A stretch of 64,000 nucleotides of DNA from positions 5,824,001 to 5,888,000 of the forward strand of contig OY762069.1 in assembly GCA_963665095.1 (NCBI GenBank). The letters run 5' to 3'. Position numbers and translations under genes: made by a program. Positions 57,445-64,000 of this stretch are shown here, in pieces (the first letter of the stretch is position 1; each line of letters opens with the position of its first letter). Origin of the DNA: an uncultured Desulfobacter sp. GTDB taxonomy: Bacteria; Desulfobacterota; Desulfobacteria; Desulfobacterales; Desulfobacteraceae. The notes beneath the pieces were generated by a model that saw only the letters and a program-made list of their open reading frames with translations, was not told the DNA's origin and searched no databases.

Positions 57445-58488
57445 TCAATCTATCCCTTCAATTTTGCCTTGCTTTAGTTGTTTTATCACCTTATCAAAAT
57501 CGCTTTCAAACAGACGATCCTGAACAATACGGTATTTTTCAAATTCGCTTTCGGCATGGGCTCTGGCCATCCTGGCCGTTGCCTTTCCTGGATCCTGCAA
57601 AATTTCCCGATCGTCGAATGCCAGAAACATATCCAGCCGCTTTGCCCAGTCTTCCATGGTCATGGGAATTTGCCGCCTGGCCCGTTCTTCGGCCAGATCC
57701 AGATATGCATTGACAATGCGCCCCAAGGATGCCAGTTCCTCTTTGTTCAAATAGTTTTTTGCGACCCTCACGTCTGTTTTTACAATCTTGCCGTCCGGGG
57801 CCTTTTCCCATGTTGACAGCCCCATATTGGTTTTCGCACTGTCGGCCCGCTGCATAATCAGCTCGGCAGCTGTATGGCCGTGGATGGCAAAATGCAGTTT
57901 GTTCTGCACCCTGGCAAAAAAAGATTGGGTTGTGGGCGCGTCTTTGTTGTAATCAATGCTGGTGGCGTAAATGTCGGTAATTTTTTGGTAAAAACGGCGC
58001 TCACTGAGCCGGATCTCCCGAATTTCCGCAAGCAGGTGTTCAAAATAGTCCTCACCCAGAAATGAGCCGTTTTCCATGCGCTTTTTGTCCAGCACATACC
58101 CCTTTACGGCAAACTCACGCAGTACCTGGGTGGCCCACTGGCGGAACTGTGTCGCCCGAATGGAGTTGACCCGGTATCCCACCGAAATAATGGCATCAAG
58201 ATTGTAATGTTTGGTAAGATAGGATTTACCGTCTGCCGCAGTTATTCGGAATTTCCGAATAACTGAATCCGGATCCAGTTCACCGGAATCAAAGATGTTT
58301 TTTAAATGTTCGTTAATGGTTGGAATGGAGACACTGAACAATTCCGAGATCAGTTTCTGGGTCAGCCAGACCGTCTGTTCTTCATACCGGGCCTCAATGC
58401 TGTTTTCACCAGCCTGCCCGGTAAAGATCAGGAACTCGGCCGTACTGTTGCGTATTAACTGTTTTGTTTTGTCCTTATCCTGTTTCAT
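57445..58488 (-). CDS. RhuM family protein (second paralogue)
   Basis: VWLTQKLISELF, YNLDAIISVGYRVNS, IRLSERRFYQKITDIY. Confidence 0.9.
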   Translation of the reverse strand: MKQDKDKTKQLIRNSTAEFLIFTGQAGENSIEARYEEQTVWLTQKLISELFSVSIPTINEHLKNIFDSGELDPDSVIRKFRITAADGKSYLTKHYNLDAIISVGYRVNSIRATQFRQWATQVLREFAVKGYVLDKKRMENGSFLGEDYFEHLLAEIREIRLSERRFYQKITDIYATSIDYNKDAPTTQSFFARVQNKLHFAIHGHTAAELIMQRADSAKTNMGLSTWEKAPDGKIVKTDVRVAKNYLNKEELASLGRIVNAYLDLAEERARRQIPMTMEDWAKRLDMFLAFDDREILQDPGKATARMARAHAESEFEKYRIVQDRLFESDFDKVIKQLKQGKIEGID

Positions 58489-58532
58489 GACAGCTCCTTG
58501 GCCGATGTTTTTTGATGTTCATCCTATATATA

Positions 58533-58817
58533 TCAATCGATATATCCATGTTCCAGAAAGCTGTAATGGCCTTTAGGACTGAAAATAATATGATCCAGAA
58601 CGGCAATGCCCAGGGTTTTGCCTGCCTCCTGGAGCTGCCGGGTCAGTTTGATATCGGCCCGGCTCGGGGTCATGTCTCCCGACGGATGGTTATGGGCCAG
58701 GATCACCGCCGAGGCCCGATCGGTTATGGGATCGGCAAACACCTCTCTTAGGTGAACCGGGGCCTGGTCCACAAGACCGATAGAGACCACAGCAAGCAAA
58801 AAATTAATCGGGGTCAT
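58533..58817 (-). pseudogene. RadC-like JAB domain fragment
   Basis: VHLREVF...ILAHNHPSGD...VLDHII; N-terminus missing. Confidence 0.8.
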
Positions 58818-59177
58818 ACGCCTCTCCTTCCCAGTCGCTCACTGCAAAACATGTAGCTGGCCGGTTCCGATTTTTCCAAACGTAATTCCATGAAAAAAAC
58901 AAGACATAGGCACAACGGTTTTGCCAGTTAACCCCAGTTGAACTGATTATCATCATTGTTGAATAAAAAGTAAAGAAATTCAAACCGGCCTTTTTGCGTT
59001 AAACGTTGGTATCTTAAAAGCCAGACATGGTTATTGGAGAAATATCAGGCGTTGTCCGGCTTTCTCCAAAAGCAATGAATCACAGATAGTCTATGGCAAT
59101 TGTCTATTGAAAAACAAAACCGATCCCATAAGTAGTCCTCACTTCAAACGCCCTATAAAAAAAAGCTCGTTCGTGCT

Positions 59178-59498
59178 TTATGCTTTAAGTCTGTAATCAA
59201 GGATATTGGGAGATCTTTGAAGTAAATCAAGAAGAACCCTTGTCGAGCCAGTTGGCTGTCTTTTTCCTTGCTCCCACTGTCGTATTGAAGACGGACTTAC
59301 ATTTAACAATTTGGCAAAAACCGTCTGACTTACGTTCAATGTTTCCCTGATTTCTTTTATTTGGTGCGTAGATAGCTGTACTTCAGGAATGGTAACACCC
59401 AGTGAGTTTAACTCTTTTTCAGTAAAAGAGGTTTTAAAGCCTGAATTCATCATATCCTGGACAGTTTCACCGATTGCTTTTTTAATTGAATCCCTCAT
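59178..59498 (-). CDS. XRE-family HTH antitoxin (HigA-like)
   Basis: IKEIRETLNVSQTVFAKLLNVSPSSIRQWEQGKRQP. Confidence 0.85.
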   Translation of the reverse strand: MRDSIKKAIGETVQDMMNSGFKTSFTEKELNSLGVTIPEVQLSTHQIKEIRETLNVSQTVFAKLLNVSPSSIRQWEQGKRQPTGSTRVLLDLLQRSPNILDYRLKA

Positions 59499-59499
59499 G

Positions 59500-59868
59500 T
59501 TATTCCTCCAAGTCAAACAAAACGTTTTCTGCTATTAATTTTTCAATTTGACGGGCATCCATTGTCATCAAATCAGAGCCCAGCTTTTTGAAATAGTGTA
59601 ATTCTGCCTTGTCTATATTGGTTCTTTCATTTTTGCCAAATCCATACAGAAATATAGTTTTGTCCTCTTTTTTATATGCAATTATTGTCCTGAATCCTGA
59701 ACTTTTCCCTTGTCCTTCCCTGTTTACACGCACGTTAAACAGGTTGCTGCCTAAATTTGCCGCAGAGAGCCCTTTCTCTAAATTCCCAACAGCTTCAATG
59801 AGATGATGATTTTCCAAACTCATCTTCTTTGCCCATTTCTTAAACCATTTTGTGCATAATTTTTTCAT
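59500..59868 (-). CDS. RelE/HigB-like toxin
   Basis: TKWFKKWAKK...GKSSGFRTII...FLYGFGKNE; toxin precedes antitoxin. Confidence 0.85.
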   Translation of the reverse strand: MKKLCTKWFKKWAKKMSLENHHLIEAVGNLEKGLSAANLGSNLFNVRVNREGQGKSSGFRTIIAYKKEDKTIFLYGFGKNERTNIDKAELHYFKKLGSDLMTMDARQIEKLIAENVLFDLEE

Positions 59869-59873
59869 AAACA

Positions 59874-59902
59874 ACTATAACTCTTTGTGATACACTTTTC
59901 AA
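59874..59902 (-). promoter_or_regulatory. Sigma70 promoter of the TA operon
   Basis: TTGAAA-N17-TATAGT; ATG follows after a 5-nt gap. Confidence 0.7.
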
Positions 59903-60103
59903 GTATTTGTACACACCTTGTTGTGAAATTATGGTGGGACTAAGTGGACAGGTCCGAATATGATACAACGACAGCTCTATACTGACAGGGAAAGTCGATG
60001 GTCGTCTTCCATTTGAAAAAGGGTCCTTTGTTTGGAGGTAGTCTTCACACCAAAATAATTCGGTTTGACCTTTCCGGCGCTCGTATCTCAAAAAGCAGCC
60101 GGG

Positions 60104-61219
60104 TTAATCGGCCGCAGGGGAGACCCGGTCTCGACCCAGGTTCTTGCTTTTATACAAAGCTCGGTCGGCCCGCTCCACCAGTTCGGCCGCTGTCGAACCG
60201 GAATCATTTGACTTGCGGCAGGCCACGCCTAAGCTCATGCTGACCCGTCCAAGTTCGTTGGCCGGATGTTCCAAAGAGGCGGAGGTGATAGCCTGTCTGA
60301 CCCGCTCAGCCTGGCTGATGGCTTGGTCCAGGTCGGCATCGGGCAGCACTATGACAAACTCCTCACCTCCATAGCGGGCCACAAAATCGGTCGCCCGCTG
60401 GCAGGCCTCGCGAATCAATTTGGCCACCTCGACCAGACAAGCGTCGCCCGCCTGGTGGCCGAGCTGATCGTTGTACAACTTGAAGTGGTCGATATCGCAC
60501 ATGATCACGCTGATGGGTTTGCCACTCCTGTTGGCGCTTTGGAATTCCCGTTCCAGAACGTTGTCGAAATAGCGGCGGTTGGGCAATCCGGTGAGCCCAT
60601 CGTGCCGTGAAAGGGATTCCAGCTCCCGGTTGGCCCGGGCAAGTTCGGCGGTGCGCTTGGAAACCTGGTCTTCCAAACGCTCCCTTTCAGTCTCGTTCCT
60701 GAGCAATAATTCTTCCTGATAGGCGCTCTTTTGCTCCTGCAACAGCTTGATGCGGTAGGCCAGGGCCTGCGAGAAGACAATCATTTCCAGCAGGGAGCCG
60801 CCCAGAAAGGAATAGCGGGTAAAGAGATTGTAGGGCAACAGTCCCTGGTTCAGGGTCGACAAAATTGACACCCCGACAAAATACCAGATGGTTCCCATGA
60901 GGTAGTACTTTCCCATCTCAAAGCGCCGGTACGTGGCATGGATGGCCAGGAACAATTGTAGCAGCATCAATGGCATGGCCAAGATCACCAGGAACTTGTA
61001 GTAGGTGGTATCCAGAAAGACCATAATCGACAACAGTGCCATCAAACCGGCCAGACTCAGCAAAACCCTGTCCAATCGTGGCAAACGCTGGGCCGTCTTC
61101 AGGATTTCCCTGGTGAAAAGCAGCAAAGAGCTCTGAGCCAAGGTCGTGAAACCGCCGAAACGGTTGAAATCCTCTGCCGAAATACCAGCCAGCACGGCCA
61201 GGCCGCTGTAGCTTGTCAC
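60104..61219 (-). pseudogene. 7TM-DISM-like diguanylate cyclase, 5'-truncated by transposon
   Basis: DGLTGLPNRR, DIDHFK, ARYGGEEF; TM region breaks at the element end 61220. Confidence 0.85.
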
Positions 61220-61512
61220 TGTTGAGTCGCATTTTATCCTGACTTAAATTTTCTAATTATTTTGAACAGATTAAATCTTTTCCATATTATTTAAGACAGC
61301 TACAGAAGTCGCTGCGCTCCTTCTCAGTAGGTTTTTAAGGCATAGGCAGAACAGCTTGAATAAAGCAGAAAGGGGAAGCAGGTAATCCCCACTTCCCCTG
61401 GCGCATTATTCAATGCTGCCTGCTTCCGGCTATCCCTTACCAGGTTGCTCCTCAGCAGAGCCCGGCTCCGTTTCACCGAAATCGTAATATTCTGCTCTAT
61501 GGCTGTTTTTTC

Positions 61513-62322
61513 TTAAAAAATTTCCGATGAAGCAATGCGGACATGCTCTGCAGATACCGTCATTGATTTTTCTGCCGCAGCAGCAATCAATGAGCCTCTG
61601 GCAAGATTATTCGCCTTTCGTAAAAGGCCGCCGGAGCCTTGATGAATCGCAGTCACCGCCTGGTCAGAAAAAAAGTTGGTGTCAACACCGCATAGTTTTA
61701 AATGATGGATCAGGTAAGTTTTCATTCCAGCCACATCCAGACCATCCAGATGGCTTTTAGCCACAATCCTGGATGCAAACGGGATTGACGTCCGGTACTG
61801 AAGCTTATCTATCAATGTCGGCTGACCTGCAAGGATCACAGGCAGCCAGGGCATGGCGTCTTTTTCAAATTGAACCAGGGTGTGAAGTTCGGCAAAGACT
61901 TCCATGCGAAGCAGAGATGCCTCATCTATAATCAAAACGGTTTTGATCTTTTTTCCCAGGACGAATTCACGTATTTCATTTTTAATAATGGAGATCATAA
62001 CAGCGCGGGACGTCGATGTCCGCTCTATGCCCAGTTCTTCAACAATCTGCCGGTAAAGTTCCATGATGGAACCGCTTGAGGCCGTAACATAAAAGACTTT
62101 GTATTCCGAAGGGTGTAGGGATGAGGCGGCATACCTTAAGGCGGTGGACTTTCCGCTGCCCACATCCCCTGTGATAACCGCACTGCAGCCAAGTCTTAAG
62201 GAATAATCAATCCGATTTTTAACGCCCGAGACCTCCGGGGTGACCAGGATATCATTGATTTCTATCTGCGCCGGGAAGGCCTCCCTATATAAGCCAAAAA
62301 AGGTACGATACATTTCACTCAT
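61513..62322 (-). CDS. ExeA/GspA-like AAA+ ATPase (transposition helper)
   Basis: Walker A GDVGSGKST, Walker B LIIDEA, ILAGQ. Confidence 0.88.
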   Translation of the reverse strand: MSEMYRTFFGLYREAFPAQIEINDILVTPEVSGVKNRIDYSLRLGCSAVITGDVGSGKSTALRYAASSLHPSEYKVFYVTASSGSIMELYRQIVEELGIERTSTSRAVMISIIKNEIREFVLGKKIKTVLIIDEASLLRMEVFAELHTLVQFEKDAMPWLPVILAGQPTLIDKLQYRTSIPFASRIVAKSHLDGLDVAGMKTYLIHHLKLCGVDTNFFSDQAVTAIHQGSGGLLRKANNLARGSLIAAAAEKSMTVSAEHVRIASSEIF

Positions 62323-63575
62323 AACAGTTGCCCTCCCTTGTAATTTGAGGGTTCAGGCATAATCCGGATATCATTTTCGTTCCAGCGGTGCCGCTTGACC
62401 CGACAGTTCACAGCAAGGTCCACCGGGGTTAACAAGCCATAAGACTTTGCTTTATAGATAACTTCAGCCTGCAAAGGGGTGTCCTCATGGTACTTTACAT
62501 CCACATGTCTGCCGATCAGCGCAACCGGGGCCTCAAACATGTTGCCGTCAAGGGTGATGGTTCGGTCCTTTGCCACCTTGCGCCGGGCGGTTTTGCGGAA
62601 GTGGTCTTTCAGATCCGGTGGGGCGGTACGGATGCACTCCATGGCCGAGGTAAATCTTTTAAACGGTGATTCGCCTGTGGAGCTGTGTTTACGCTGATGG
62701 TACTCATTATGAAGCCACTTCTCAAATGCCCCATTCAGATCATCCAGGGTCTTACCTGTAAATCTTTGCAGAAACTGAAGCCGAACCGTTCTGAACCAGC
62801 GCTCGATTTTACCTTTCCCCTGGGGCTTATATGGCCTTGCATGGATTAAAGCGATGGACAGAGACGCTGCTACATATTTTAAATGATGGGATCTGAACGC
62901 AGGACCGTTATCTACATACAGCTTGCGGGGAAGCCCACGGCTCAAAAAAGCCTGCTCCAGCACCATAAGATAGGTCTTCAGATTCTCAGATAAATAAAAA
63001 CCTGCAGCCGTAACCAGCCTGGAATGATCGTCCATAATGGCAATCAGGTACGTTTTTCTTTGCTTATCCTGAACCAGGACTGTAGGGCCGTGCATGACGT
63101 CGCTTTGCCACATATCATTGGGGTGCGGGGCTTCAAACTTTCTTCTATCCTCTGGCCGGGCCGTGTTCATTAGCCCCCGGCCGCGTAAAAAACGGTATAC
63201 ACTGGATGGACTGTATGTCTGGCATGTAGTTTTTTGAAGTGAACAGATCAATGTATCGACTGTCGCATCAGGCTGGTCTAACCGGAGTTTGATTAGTTGA
63301 GATGCAGTCTCGTCATCGAATACCCTTGATTTTCCCTGGTCTGAACGGTCTTTGGGGTAAAGAGACTCTATTCGACCGTTATACTGCCGGACCCATCCCA
63401 GAATCGTACTTCTGGAAAGCCTGGTCCTTCCAGAATACGGGATGGACCATTTGCGGGCGCACTTCTGCTGTAAAATTCGTTCTTTTTCACCGTAATCAAA
63501 ATTTGTTCCGGTCACAAATTCACAAATGACCCCAAACCTGAACACGGCAACCTCTTTTTTCTGATTTTCTGTCAT
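62319..63575 (-). CDS. DDE integrase/transposase (rve, Mu-like C-terminus)
   Basis: WQSDVMHG, DDHSR, YVDNG, GKGKIERWF. Confidence 0.92.
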   Translation of the reverse strand: MTENQKKEVAVFRFGVICEFVTGTNFDYGEKERILQQKCARKWSIPYSGRTRLSRSTILGWVRQYNGRIESLYPKDRSDQGKSRVFDDETASQLIKLRLDQPDATVDTLICSLQKTTCQTYSPSSVYRFLRGRGLMNTARPEDRRKFEAPHPNDMWQSDVMHGPTVLVQDKQRKTYLIAIMDDHSRLVTAAGFYLSENLKTYLMVLEQAFLSRGLPRKLYVDNGPAFRSHHLKYVAASLSIALIHARPYKPQGKGKIERWFRTVRLQFLQRFTGKTLDDLNGAFEKWLHNEYHQRKHSSTGESPFKRFTSAMECIRTAPPDLKDHFRKTARRKVAKDRTITLDGNMFEAPVALIGRHVDVKYHEDTPLQAEVIYKAKSYGLLTPVDLAVNCRVKRHRWNENDIRIMPEPSNYKGGQLL

Positions 63576-63678
63576 ACTTCCTCCTTAAAATTTGGTTCTA
63601 AGGGCTTGTATGACAGTATGATCCTTCGGTAAATCACAGCCTTCGGTAGGGTGGTTTAACCCTGATCCAGCCCCATGG

Positions 63679-64000
63679 TTAAATTGAACTGGTAACCGGG
63701 ATTTTACCCATACCGATTAGCTTGATAAAACCAGCAACCACACCTTTGTCCCAACTGTTGGACAGGTAGGCCGCTATATTTCGTTTCAATGCAGTAAACC
63801 AAAAATGCTGTCGACTCCAGGAGAGTTCCGGCAGATACCGGTCTGTGTATAGACGACTCATAATGCTGGTAAGGATTTGCCAGATACTGGCCTGGAACCT
63901 CTTGAAAAAACCATATGGCTTCAATTTGAATACGGTTTTGCAATAGGGGCAGCGATATCGCTTCAAATACACCCCTTGATCAAATCCATCAAAAAAGGAG
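63679..64000 (-). CDS. Transposon-associated small Cys-containing protein (partial)
   Basis: YLKRYRCPYCKTV; frame open to window edge. Confidence 0.6.
   Translation of the reverse strand, partial: SFFDGFDQGVYLKRYRCPYCKTVFKLKPYGFFKRFQASIWQILTSIMSRLYTDRYLPELSWSRQHFWFTALKRNIAAYLSNSWDKGVVAGFIKLIGMGKIPVTSSI

Larger units (their letters stand above)
61220..64000 (-). mobile_element. Three-gene DDE transposon (small ORF, DDE transposase, ExeA-like ATPase), continues past window
   Basis: Terminus TGTTGAGTCGC at the GGDEF break; coupled genes. Confidence 0.8.

Noticed and set aside
56050..59148. AAGTAGTCCTC direct repeats flanking the RhuM/RadC block
   Set aside because: Only 11 bp identical; cannot distinguish from chance or unrelated IS ends
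1..64000. CRISPR array, rRNA or complete tRNA
   Set aside because: No regularly spaced repeats or full RNA gene structures seen; only two short tRNA-3'-like fragments

Overview
Accessory, heavily rearranged region of an anaerobic bacterium; gene content (Hdr/MvhD remnants, FIST and hybrid kinases, IS91/IS66 types) suggests Desulfobacterota, which is inference. It holds many signalling genes: three hybrid histidine kinases, three FIST/NosP-like sensors, a PAS-PP2C phosphatase, an adenylate cyclase, a GGDEF protein and two RstAB-like systems each divergent from an outer-membrane barrel gene. Mobile elements include an intact IS3 with target duplication, IS66 and a derived 55-bp mini-element, IS91, Tn3 and group II intron remnants, a possible orphan IS110 non-coding end, and a DDE/ExeA element. 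Many genes are collapsed by internal deletions. The best candidate for an undescribed system is an intact AraC-linked operon at 36.2-42.8 kb: a 1037-aa glycyl radical enzyme with an N-terminal SCP2-like lipid-binding domain, its activase, and a family-3 aldehyde dehydrogenase, suggesting anaerobic radical elimination on a lipophilic substrate. No CRISPR array, rRNA or complete tRNA was seen. All family assignments are by-eye motif recognition; no database searches were run.
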